DNA of 24,000 nt from Bacillus taeanensis (GCF_003318295.1 NZ_QOCW01000018.1:32047-56046); one strand, 5' to 3'; counted from the stretch's first letter, positions 7,465-15,572 are shown. Translations and numbers: made by a program. The notes: generated by a model from the letters alone, not told the origin.

Positions 7465-7548
7465 AACTGTTCCGAGCTCCTTATATTTCATGTGTGATTT
7501 TGACATTCTTATTGCACGATCCAGCTTGGTTTGCTCTTAAGAGAAGTT

Positions 7549-7683
7549 TTACTTATTTTTGATTTCTTCTAACAAGGAAATAATCTTTTCGTTTTGTTCA
7601 ATTAAGGTATTGTTCTGCTGTCTCATTCTTGTAAAATCGAATAAGAACACTATTAAAATAATTATTATAAAGACCATAGACAT
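7549..7683 (-). CDS. possible 44-aa small membrane protein (below the ORF-track cutoff)
   Basis: Hand translation: MSMVFIIIILIVFLFDFTRMRQQNNTLIEQNEKIISLLEEIKNK*. GAGGTGA SD lies 5 nt before the ATG at 7683. One TM helix plus a charged helix. Same strand as iscB and directly upstream of it. Confidence 0.45.
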   Translation of the reverse strand: MSMVFIIIILIVFLFDFTRMRQQNNTLIEQNEKIISLLEEIKNK

Positions 7684-7781
7684 TTATTTCACCTCAAATC
7701 TACTATTTCTAACCTAACACTTATACTACCATAAAAATCCATATTTGTTGTTGGACTATTTGGAAGTACTACAATAAGCAA

Positions 7782-7808
7782 AAGGAGTTGTCGTTGTGAC
7801 AACTCCTT
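7782..7808 (-). terminator. strong hairpin, possible terminator
   Basis: Perfect 11-bp stem AAGGAGTTGTC / GACAACTCCTT with a 5-nt loop. The minus-strand version is followed by TTTGCTT, a weak U-run. Confidence 0.35.
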
Positions 7809-8097
7809 ATTCTACTCTTACACTCCGTTAACTTAAAAAGCCAAAGGGACAGGTAAATTGGCTCTTCGAATTATAATCTAGAAAAGAAAACTTATGTTTA
7901 CTATAATAAGAAGATAGAAATTGTTCTTACTGCGTTGGATGGTACGCATTGCTAAGTTAAAAACCATCATTAAAGCACCGGAATAAAACCTTGCGAAAAT
8001 CGCTTTATTATCCGGACAGTACGTCAAAGGAATGAAAAGAGTAAAGAAAAAAGCTGCTCATCAATGGTATTGACTGCAGCCTGTAAATGGGTTTAGT

Positions 8098-8316
8098 TTA
8101 GACATTTCCTACTGTATTTGAATCGAAAACATCTGGATCTACCGCATTGGAAATACTGATTCCATTATTATTTAGTACCAAATTCCCTGTACCACTACCA
8201 GATCCTGCAATTGATTTTGATGTCTCTTCAGGGGAAATCTGCAGTGTATTTCCAAAGTTTACAGTTCCACCATTTGAGAGAAATTGAAAAGGTCCAACTA
8301 CAACAGATGGCAACAT
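8098..8316 (-). CDS. GerPA/GerPF-family spore germination protein (orphan copy)
   Basis: MLPSVVVGPFQFLSNGGTVNFGNTLQISPEETSKSIAGSGSGTGN... matches the remembered GerPF pattern (MPSVVG...SP.E..K...GSG). GGGAG SD precedes the ATG at 8316. Confidence 0.7.
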   Translation of the reverse strand: MLPSVVVGPFQFLSNGGTVNFGNTLQISPEETSKSIAGSGSGTGNLVLNNNGISISNAVDPDVFDSNTVGNV

Positions 8317-8642
8317 CCTCACTCCCTTTTTGTTTTCATTTAAATAATTTATTTTATGTTTGAAACTAAAAAAAGTTACCGTCTTCTACCTTGGGGCAAG
8401 CCCATCGAGTTTTCTTGGCTTAATTTCTATAAAACAAAGCGCGATGCTCAAAAAGCGGTAACAGAAAACCCAAATGAATCATTAATAAATTGTAAATTTT
8501 GTAAAATTTCAGTAAATACTATTCCCTATTTTCTTCAAATGTTTTATGATAATTATGAGAGTTCTCTCTCACTCTCACTTCTTTTTCATACTCAATCGCC
8601 TGCCAGTATTTAGACTTCTCTCATTTAATTTAAGTTCGGCTC

Positions 8643-8674
8643 AAAAAGACCCTTCGCGCGCAAAGGGTCTTTTT
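8643..8674. terminator. bidirectional rho-independent terminator
   Basis: AAAAAGACCCTT / AAGGGTCTTTTT, a 12-bp stem with the GC-rich loop CGCGCGCA. A/T runs lie on both sides. No convincing CDS on either side. Confidence 0.6.
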
Positions 8675-9202
8675 GCTTACCTAGCCTCAGTTTGTTAAGA
8701 TGCTAGTCACCTGCCGATTCGACAAGTGATTTTTTTCTAAACACGAATTAACGACCACGTCTCTAAAGCTCGCAATTCTAGTACTGATCAAAATCTGCCG
8801 GCTTTGGACTTTTTCCTGTATACGTTTTCAATTCAGAGAAAGGCATGTCAATATGCATTGTAATGGCATCCAGCTAAACATTTATTCGATCCTTGTCCAA
8901 TTTACTGAACATTTAAAGTAGACGAAATTAAACGACCCAAACTAGATGTATTTATATTTTATTAAATCTTGTTTCGAAGCCTAGTTAATTTTTAATAACG
9001 CTAAATCCTAGATGAAATAGATAGAAAAACTCAGTCTAATTAACCCTTAAACTTAGTTTATCCGTCGCACAAATTAATTATATACTGCCAATTTAAAATT
9101 TTCAATTATTTAGCTCTTTGATTTTTTTCTTTTAAAGTTTATTAATTTTATGTTATCGGTTATTAACTAAATGTTAAAATTTTATAAATTTTTAAAAAAT
9201 AG

Positions 9203-9232
9203 TTGAATTCCCCAAAATATTTTCTTTATAAT
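9203..9232 (+). promoter_or_regulatory. near-consensus sigmaA-type promoter upstream of the abrB-like relic
   Basis: TTGAAT (9203-9208), 18-nt spacer, TATAAT (9227-9232). Confidence 0.45.
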
Positions 9233-9239
9233 AAGGACA

Positions 9240-9446
9240 GATATTAAGAGAAAAGATCCTGTTGAAATCTTTGTTGAGGGCGATAAGGTCATTCTGAAAA
9301 AGGATTCCCCTCATCAACCTTGCCAAGTTACTAGTAAAATTTTAGAAGAGAATCCGGCTGCAGCAGGAAGAAAGCCTGTATTAAGTTGAGAGGCAGTGGA
9401 GCAAATCATTCAAAAGCTATCATCAAAGCGAAAAGTTGAATCGTGA
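9240..9446 (+). pseudogene. AbrB/Abh-family transition-state regulator relic (N-terminal DNA-binding half missing, internal stop)
   Basis: Hand translation: DIKRKDPVEIFVEGDKVILKKDSPHQPCQVTSKILEENPAAAGRKPVLS*EAVEQIIQKLSSKRKVES*. It aligns with remembered AbrB ...GIAEKDALEIYVDDEKIILKKYKPNMTCQVTGEVSDDNLKLAGGKLVLSKEGAEQIISEI. There is an in-frame TGA at 9387-9389. No start codon or coding potential for the first ~28 residues upstream. Confidence 0.6.
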
Positions 9447-9533
9447 GCGACCTATTAGTGCCGTGAAGATCATCTCTACCCATTCTCTCTTATTTACATA
9501 AAAATATATGTTTGAAGCATCATTTTAAATCTC

Positions 9534-9598
9534 AAAAAAAAGCCATTCATCCCCTGCCAAACATTCTATTGAATGTTTGAGGAAGGGAACTTCTGGCT
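9534..9598 (-). terminator. rho-independent terminator of mqo
   Basis: Long imperfect hairpin with inner stem AAACATTC / GAATGTTT and outer AGCCA / TGGCT. It is followed by a U-run on the minus strand (plus-strand A-run 9534-9541). Confidence 0.6.
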
Positions 9599-9603
9599 GA
9601 ATT
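9577..9603. repeat. left copy of a ~27-nt inverted repeat flanking mqo
   Basis: The reverse complement AATTCAGCCAGAAGTTCCCTTCCTCAA matches 11831-11859 (AATTTCAGCCAGAAGTCTCCTTCCTCAAG) with one indel and two mismatches. Confidence 0.5.
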
Positions 9604-9650
9604 TTGTTAAACTTTTTTATTCAATGATCTTGGTTTCTGCATCGAAAGAA

Positions 9651-11186
9651 TTAACTTAAGACCGGCTCTTTTGCTTTGGCTTTGGTCTTTTCTTTTGCTT
9701 TTTCGCTTATGCTTAGACCAAGTGTCTGGGCGGTTAAAGTATGAATCTCTCTTAGAAGTTCTGGATTTTCCATTAGTGACACGCCATAAGAAGGAATCAT
9801 TTCTTTAATTTTCGGTTCCCACTCTTTCACATGATCAGGGAAGCATTTTTTAATGACTTCAATCATCACGTGAACGGCAGTAGAAGCACCCGGAGAAGCG
9901 CCGAGCAGTGCTGCGATTGAGCCATCAGCGGCACTGACAACTTCCGTACCAAATTGAAGTGTTCCTTTGCCAGCTTCAGTATCTTTAATAACTTGTACAC
10001 GTTGGCCCGCTACTACTAAATCCCAATCCTCGCTTTTCGCGTTCGGGATAAACTCACGTAACTCTGCTAGGCGCTGTTCTTTCGATAACATCACTTGCTG
10101 AATCAAGTATTTTGTCAATGCCATCTCTTTTGCTCCTGCCGACAGCATTGTTAAGAGATTGTCCGGTTTTATGGAAGTTACTAAATCAAACATTGAACCG
10201 GTTTTTAAAAACTTTGGTGAGAATCCGGCAAACGGTCCAAACAGCAGCGATTTTTTATTGTCAATAAATCGGGTGTCAAGATGTGGAACAGACATTGGCG
10301 GAGCACCAACCTTCGCTTTTCCGTATACTTTTGCATGATGCTGTGCTGTAACATCTGGATTATTACACACCATAAAGATGCCGCTTACCGGAAAACCACC
10401 AATATTTTTCCCTTCAGGAATACCGGACTTTTGCAGTAAATGGATGCTTCCTCCCCCGCCTCCGATAAAGACGAATTTGGCAGTATGGCGTTCGACAGTG
10501 CCGCGATCGAGATTGCGCACTTTCAATTCCCATAAACCGTCGCTAGTACGTTTAATATCACTTACACTATGTTTGTAGTTTAGATCGATATTTTTACTCT
10601 CTAAGTGGTCAAACAACATACGCGTTAAAGCACCAAAATTGACATCCGTTCCAGAGTCGATTTTAGTAGCCGCGATCGCTTCATTCGATGCGCGTTCCTG
10701 CATAATAAGCGGAATCCATTCTTTCAGTTTTTCCGGATCCTCAGAAAATTCCATCCCTTGGAATAAGGGATTGTTTGACAGCGCTTCAAAACGTTTCTTT
10801 AAAAATGTGACATTTTGTTCTCCTTGTACGAAACTCATATGAGGCAGCGGCATAATAAAATCCTGTGGATTCTCTATCAGCTTGTTGTTTACAAGATAAG
10901 ACCAAAACTGCATGGAAAGCTGAAACTGTTCGTTAATGTTTATAGCTTTACTAATATCAACAGATCCATCTGGTTTTTCTTTTGTGTAGTTAAGCTCGCA
11001 CAATGCCGCATGACCTGTGCCTGCATTATTCCATTCGTTCGAGCTTTCCTCTCCTGCTTTTGAGAGCTTCTCAAACACTGTAATTTTCCATTCTGGTACT
11101 AGTTCTTTTAAGAGTGTTCCTAAAGTTGCACTCATGATTCCCGCGCCAATTAAAATGACGTCTGTTTTAGTTTCTCTATTGCTCAT
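9651..11186 (-). CDS. mqo: malate:quinone oxidoreductase
   Basis: FAD-binding fold [15 protein letters not shown] near the N-terminus and Mqo-typical length. Start taken as the ATG at 11186 ([10 protein letters not shown]...) rather than the track start at 11234. Confidence 0.88.
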   Translation of the reverse strand: MSNRETKTDVILIGAGIMSATLGTLLKELVPEWKITVFEKLSKAGEESSNEWNNAGTGHAALCELNYTKEKPDGSVDISKAININEQFQLSMQFWSYLVNNKLIENPQDFIMPLPHMSFVQGEQNVTFLKKRFEALSNNPLFQGMEFSEDPEKLKEWIPLIMQERASNEAIAATKIDSGTDVNFGALTRMLFDHLESKNIDLNYKHSVSDIKRTSDGLWELKVRNLDRGTVERHTAKFVFIGGGGGSIHLLQKSGIPEGKNIGGFPVSGIFMVCNNPDVTAQHHAKVYGKAKVGAPPMSVPHLDTRFIDNKKSLLFGPFAGFSPKFLKTGSMFDLVTSIKPDNLLTMLSAGAKEMALTKYLIQQVMLSKEQRLAELREFIPNAKSEDWDLVVAGQRVQVIKDTEAGKGTLQFGTEVVSAADGSIAALLGASPGASTAVHVMIEVIKKCFPDHVKEWEPKIKEMIPSYGVSLMENPELLREIHTLTAQTLGLSISEKAKEKTKAKAKEPVLS

Positions 11187-11830
11187 GTTTACCAACCTTT
11201 TCTCTAAAATTTGCCGAAAAGATGCAGGCGTCACACTAAGCTAAGGAGCCCTCTAGTCACACACATCTTTTCTGTATCAATGAACCATATCAAAGTGTAT
11301 TACTATCATTATACATTAAATTTTCTACTATTATCTGATAATTATAAACTATTTGAAGCTGATAAAAAAGTGAGAAGTCCTTTCAAAAGGCAGAGTTACA
11401 CCGATTTTTAACTTTATTTTCACATTTGTTCTCTTCCAAAAAGAAAACGCTGCTCTTCGACTTCGAATTGTTTTTTACTCGTATGAAAATGGATAATGCT
11501 TTTTCAAAAAATACACATTAATTTTTTTATATCCATCCGATGCTGTATTTAAACTTATATATTCTGTTATAAAAACCACTTTTTCAAATATTTGTTTCTT
11601 TTCGTTTGAGTAAGCAGCGATGGCCTCGACTTATACAAACTTATTAGGATCTTTCTTATCTCCGTCCACTTTAAAATGATTAATTTCTCAAATGTTCTTA
11701 CGCCTATCTTACCGCGACTTCTATCTTAGGGCAAGTCCACGAATGTTCCAAAAACATTGAGCAGCTCATATGGGTTTTTAGAGTTAAAGAGATTATGTAT
11801 ATGAGGTTTTTTATCTTACTATATTTAACG

Positions 11831-11859
11831 AATTTCAGCCAGAAGTCTCCTTCCTCAAG
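11831..11859. repeat. right copy of the ~27-nt inverted repeat flanking mqo
   Basis: See 9577-9603. Confidence 0.5.
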
Positions 11860-11941
11860 CGCGAAGCAGTAGGGAGGGGAGGTTCATGGAGACCTGAACC
11901 TATTGAGATATCCTCAAAAACAGCATGATAAAAACCAAAGC

Positions 11942-11983
11942 AAAAACCTAGTGAAAAGTTACAAAACTTCTCACTAGGTTTTA
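11942..11983. terminator. bidirectional terminator downstream of the WrbA-like gene
   Basis: Stem AACCTAGTGAAAAGTT / AACTTCTCACTAGGTT (one mismatch) with a 4-nt loop, flanked by an A-run and a T-run. Confidence 0.6.
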
Positions 11984-12016
11984 TTATTTGAAGCTTTTGA
12001 GACAGCTCCCTATCAT

Positions 12017-12628
12017 TTATTGATTAGCTTTTTTAACCCATTCTGCAACTGTTACAGTACGTTTAGCTTGCTGTTTCACAGCAGCTTGAACATCCTCTAC
12101 CATTTGACCATTTTGATCCACCGTAACACTTGTACCATACGGGTTACCACCTGCTCCAAAAGTAACCGGGTCTGTATAGCCTGGAGCTGCTACGATTGCT
12201 CCCCAATGATACATTGTTGTGTATAATGATAAGATTGTTGCCTCTTGACCACCATGAGGGTTTTGCGCAGAAGTCATTGCACTTACTACTTTGTTAACAA
12301 GTTTTCCATTAAACCATAGACCACCTGTCGTATCTAAAAATTGTTTCATTTGAGCCGGCATATTACCGAATCGAGTCGGGACACTAAAAATAATTGCATC
12401 TGCCCATTCAAGATCATTTAAGGTTACTTCTGGAACATCTTTTGTAGTTTCAACATGAGCTTTCCAACCTTCATTTTCATCGATAACTGATTGTGGAGCA
12501 AGTTCAGGTACTTTTAATACTTTCACTTCGGCACCAGCTTCTTTTGCACCTTCTTCAGCCCATTTAGCCAGTTGATAATTCGTTCCACCCATACTGTAAT
12601 AAATCACCGCTAATTTTATATTTGTCAT
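12017..12628 (-). CDS. wrbA: NAD(P)H:quinone oxidoreductase, type IV (WrbA-like flavodoxin fold)
   Basis: KLAVIYYSMGGTNYQLA...SVPTRFGNMPAQMKQFLD...NPHGGQE are WrbA signatures. AAGGAG SD lies 9 nt before the ATG at 12628; the track start at 12688 is less likely. Confidence 0.82.
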   Translation of the reverse strand: MTNIKLAVIYYSMGGTNYQLAKWAEEGAKEAGAEVKVLKVPELAPQSVIDENEGWKAHVETTKDVPEVTLNDLEWADAIIFSVPTRFGNMPAQMKQFLDTTGGLWFNGKLVNKVVSAMTSAQNPHGGQEATILSLYTTMYHWGAIVAAPGYTDPVTFGAGGNPYGTSVTVDQNGQMVEDVQAAVKQQAKRTVTVAEWVKKANQ

Positions 12629-12724
12629 TTTTTCTTTCTCCTTTATTGTTGAACTTCCAAATAATTTGGATAGAAAACCCATTTTCATACACCACCTAGT
12701 GCTTCTTTTTTTGAAATCTCTTTA

Positions 12725-13150
12725 TTAAGCAGCTTTTGTTAAGTCATTTTTTGAATCTCTTTGAAAAATCAACTGACTCACGGATAATAGTTTGCTTCCA
12801 TTGATGACAAGATAGATTGCTATTGCTAAGAATGCTAAATCTAACTCATATCCAGCCATTTGGCCGTTTCCTAATAAACCTACTGAAAGCTTAACTTTTA
12901 GTGTGGCTCCAATCATAAGAAGTGCAAACAAAGCAGATACAAGTCGAGTTCCTAAACCAATTACTAATGCAGCACCACCAATTAATTCAATAAGTGCTAT
13001 GCCATATGCCATAAATCCTGGTAATCCAATACTTTCAAACCATCCAACAATATTTTCAATGCCACCTTGGAACTTTACTAACCCATGAATGAAAAATAAT
13101 GCTCCTAATGTTACTCGTAAAAGTAGTGCTCCTAATTCGCTCTTAAACAT
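12725..13150 (-). CDS. DoxX-family membrane protein (MhqP-like)
   Basis: Four TM helices with a DoxX-like LLLRVTLGALFFIHGLVKF motif. ATG at 13150 follows a GGAGG; the TTG at 13168 overlaps the SD. Confidence 0.78.
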   Translation of the reverse strand: MFKSELGALLLRVTLGALFFIHGLVKFQGGIENIVGWFESIGLPGFMAYGIALIELIGGAALVIGLGTRLVSALFALLMIGATLKVKLSVGLLGNGQMAGYELDLAFLAIAIYLVINGSKLLSVSQLIFQRDSKNDLTKAA

Positions 13151-13190
13151 AACTAACTTAACCTCCAACTATATTTTTAAAATTAAATAA

Positions 13191-13793
13191 TTACAACTTA
13201 CGATACCACGCTGCTGCGGCTTCCACTTCTTCAGGAGTCAATTGATGACCTCTATCTTCCCAATGGATTTCTACATCTGCATGAGCCTTTTCTAATAACG
13301 ATTGTAATTCAGCCGATTCCAGCGGTGAGCAGATTGGATCATTTGTCCCAGCAGCAATGAACACCGACTTCCCGGATAAATCAGGAAGTTCAATTCCTTT
13401 TCTAGGCACCATTGGATGATGAAGAGCTGCACCTTTCAATGAATGTTGATAGTGAAAAAGCAAGCTAGCTGCTATATTCGCTCCATTTGAGTAGCCAATG
13501 GCAATCATATTACCCCTGTCAAATTCATACTTTGCTGCGGCTTCATCAAGAAACTCATGAAGCTCCTTTGTGCGGAACACTAAATCTTCTTCATCGAATA
13601 CCCCTTCAGCTAATCTTCTAAAAAAGCGGGGCATACCATTTTCTAACACATTCCCACGAACGCTTAATACAGATGCTTCATCATCAATTCTTCTCGCCAG
13701 GGGCAGCAAATCCAGTTCATTTCCTCCCGTGCCATGTAATAATAGGAATGTTGGTTTTGTAGAATCTTTTCCCTTATTAAATATGTGTTTCAT
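13191..13793 (-). CDS. phospholipase/carboxylesterase-family alpha/beta hydrolase (MhqD-like)
   Basis: LLLHGTGGNELDL and nucleophile elbow GYSNGA, 200 aa. Confidence 0.8.
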   Translation of the reverse strand: MKHIFNKGKDSTKPTFLLLHGTGGNELDLLPLARRIDDEASVLSVRGNVLENGMPRFFRRLAEGVFDEEDLVFRTKELHEFLDEAAAKYEFDRGNMIAIGYSNGANIAASLLFHYQHSLKGAALHHPMVPRKGIELPDLSGKSVFIAAGTNDPICSPLESAELQSLLEKAHADVEIHWEDRGHQLTPEEVEAAAAWYRKL

Positions 13794-13852
13794 TATTGAT
13801 CTCCCTTCCGTACATGAACATCGATATTTGGTATTTCTCTTCGGTTATTCAG

Positions 13853-14470
13853 TTATTTTGGTCGTTCAATGGAAAAAATCTCACCTATTTTGGCATAATT
13901 ACTACCAGCTAACCGGCTTACAGCAGCCAAGCCCTTTGGATCAATTCTGCCATTTTCATAAATGGCACTGTCAATGTGATAGTGAACAACTTTTCCGATT
14001 ATAAGATCACATCCGGTAGAATCTAAACCACCTAATTCTAAGGCATGTTCTAAGGAACACTCCATTCGAATTTTCGCTTCTTTTACACCAGGCACCGAAA
14101 TTTTCAAGCTTTCAACAGGCGTTAACTTTGCCAGCTCTATTTCGCTTTGGTCAGGAGGAAGGCTTGCGGCTGTTTGATTCACTTTTTCAACATTTTGTTC
14201 ATCTACAATATGAACCACAAATTCCTTAGATTCAATTATGTTCCTCGCTGTATCCTTTTGCTTCCCTTCTGTCCGTTGAACAGCCAATGAAATCATCGGA
14301 GGATTAGATGACACGATATTAAAATAACTAAATGGGGCTCCATTCAAAACACCATCTTTCGAAATGGTTGTAACGAAAGCAATAGGTCTAGGTATGATAC
14401 TTCCTATTAGAACTTTATAATTTTCTCTTTCAGAATTATTAGCTGGGTCTATCGAAAGCAAAGACATCAT
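13853..14470 (-). CDS. flavin reductase-like FMN-binding protein
   Basis: PRPIAFVTT...NGAPFSYFN...PPMISLAV pattern of the split-barrel flavin reductase family. Confidence 0.78.
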   Translation of the reverse strand: MMSLLSIDPANNSERENYKVLIGSIIPRPIAFVTTISKDGVLNGAPFSYFNIVSSNPPMISLAVQRTEGKQKDTARNIIESKEFVVHIVDEQNVEKVNQTAASLPPDQSEIELAKLTPVESLKISVPGVKEAKIRMECSLEHALELGGLDSTGCDLIIGKVVHYHIDSAIYENGRIDPKGLAAVSRLAGSNYAKIGEIFSIERPK

Positions 14471-14484
14471 TCCTTTTCATAAAA

Positions 14485-15423
14485 TCAGTCTAATTCTCTT
14501 ACTTCAAACGGCAGCAATGTTTGTTCAATCTTCCCTCTATGAGGCTCATACTTTGAAGGGAGCATTAATTTCCCTCCCATTGTTTCATGCGATTCATCAT
14601 GTGCGAACCCCGGAGGATCCGTCGCAATTTCAAATAGTATTTCCCCATGTTCTCTAAAGTAAATGGCATTAAAATAGTTTCTATCCTGTACTGGTGTAAC
14701 ACCATATCCATTCTCTGCAATATACTTTCGCCACTCTAATTGATCGCGGTCATCAGCAGCGCGCCATGCAATGTGATGTACAGTTCCCGCACCCATTTGT
14801 CCACGTCCTATAGAGGTTAACTTTAGATCAATGATATTTCCAATTTCAGCTGTAGAACGAAAGCGGGTGAAGTCTCCTTCCTTAGCAATTAATTCAAGTC
14901 CCATCACACTCTCTAACAATTCAGCAGTTTTATCCGGTTGAGCAGATAAAAGAGTTGCTCCTCCAAATCCTTTAATGGCAACTTCAGACGTTACTTCACC
15001 AAAACTCCATGAATTTACTTCTCCTTCTTCTCGTTCAACAATTTCTAAGTGAAGACCATGCGGATCGTCAAATTCCAAATATTGCTCTCCAAAGCGCTCC
15101 ATTTTAGTAAAAGGAATGTTGAACTTTTCCAGCCTTTTTTCCCAAAAATCCATGGCACCTGTAGGAACAACATAAGAAGTCACTCCTACTTGACCGTCTC
15201 CGATAATTCCTTGACGAGCTCCTGCCCATGGAAAAAATGTAATGATGGTTCCCGGCTTTCCACCTTCATTACCGAAATAAAGATGGTACGTACCTGGATC
15301 ATCAAAGTTCACAGTTTGTTTAACTAAGCGCAAGCCTAAAACTCCTGCGTAGAAATCTACATTCTCTTGAGGATGACCTACAATTGCTGTAATATGGTGA
15401 ATCCCCATTGTTTTCTTATTCAT
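14485..15423 (-). CDS. ring-cleaving (hydroquinone/catechol) dioxygenase, VOC/glyoxalase superfamily (MhqA/E/O-like)
   Basis: 312 aa with tandem VOC modules (GIHHITAIV...FY..VLGL; HHIAWRA). First gene of a six-gene minus-strand operon preceded by a MhqR-type palindrome. Confidence 0.82.
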   Translation of the reverse strand: MNKKTMGIHHITAIVGHPQENVDFYAGVLGLRLVKQTVNFDDPGTYHLYFGNEGGKPGTIITFFPWAGARQGIIGDGQVGVTSYVVPTGAMDFWEKRLEKFNIPFTKMERFGEQYLEFDDPHGLHLEIVEREEGEVNSWSFGEVTSEVAIKGFGGATLLSAQPDKTAELLESVMGLELIAKEGDFTRFRSTAEIGNIIDLKLTSIGRGQMGAGTVHHIAWRAADDRDQLEWRKYIAENGYGVTPVQDRNYFNAIYFREHGEILFEIATDPPGFAHDESHETMGGKLMLPSKYEPHRGKIEQTLLPFEVRELD

Positions 15424-15533
15424 TTTTTTAGCGCTCCTTTTTAGTTATAATCCGTATATTTATAGAAAGGTTGATAGCTTATTTTAACCGTACCTTTAAA
15501 ATTAAAATCTTTTCTTATTCATCCTAGTTTAAA

Positions 15534-15553
15534 ATATCTTGATTTCAAGATAT
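15534..15553. promoter_or_regulatory. perfect palindromic operator (MhqR-box-like) upstream of the dioxygenase operon
   Basis: ATATCTTGA-TT-TCAAGATAT, 9+9 bp, about 110 nt upstream of the dioxygenase start. Confidence 0.6.
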
Positions 15554-15572
15554 AAACTTAAAAAAATCAAAT

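Larger units (their letters stand above)
5828..7474 (-). mobile_element. putative non-autonomous IS200/IS605-like element carrying iscB and omega-RNA; boundaries approximate
   Basis: IscB genes are known cargo of IS200/IS605 elements. Similar AT-rich hairpins and the motif ATAAAACCA occur at 5832-5840, 7406-7414 and 7457-7465. CATATAAAA-N14-TTTTAT occurs at both 5849-5877 and 7403-7431. No tnpA ORF in the window. Confidence 0.4.

Noticed and set aside
7478-7483. AAGGAG on the minus strand upstream of the hairpins, as an RBS for a hidden ORF
   Set aside because: No start codon with an open frame follows at a suitable distance. It is more likely a chance motif or part of the flank or guide region.
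7535-7544. Loop-less palindrome CTCTTAAGAG as a terminator between the 44-aa ORF and the omega-RNA region
   Set aside because: There is no loop and no U-run, so it cannot form a useful terminator hairpin.
8356-8613. 85-aa plus-strand ORF
   Set aside because: It has no Shine-Dalgarno, an AT-rich low-complexity sequence (SLSLSLL) and no family resemblance. It is treated as non-coding.
9651-11244. Plus-strand ORFs inside mqo (10378..10578, 10639..10842, 10815..11063, 11017..11244)
   Set aside because: These are antisense shadow ORFs of a confidently identified gene.
11211-11411. 66-aa plus-strand ORF in the mqo upstream region
   Set aside because: It overlaps the mqo 5' end antisense, lacks an RBS, and lies in what is probably the mqo promoter/leader region.
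12020-15327. Plus-strand ORFs 12020..12226, 12903..13088, 13570..14004 and 15049..15327 within the mhq-like operon
   Set aside because: They are antisense to recognisable enzymes, with no RBS.
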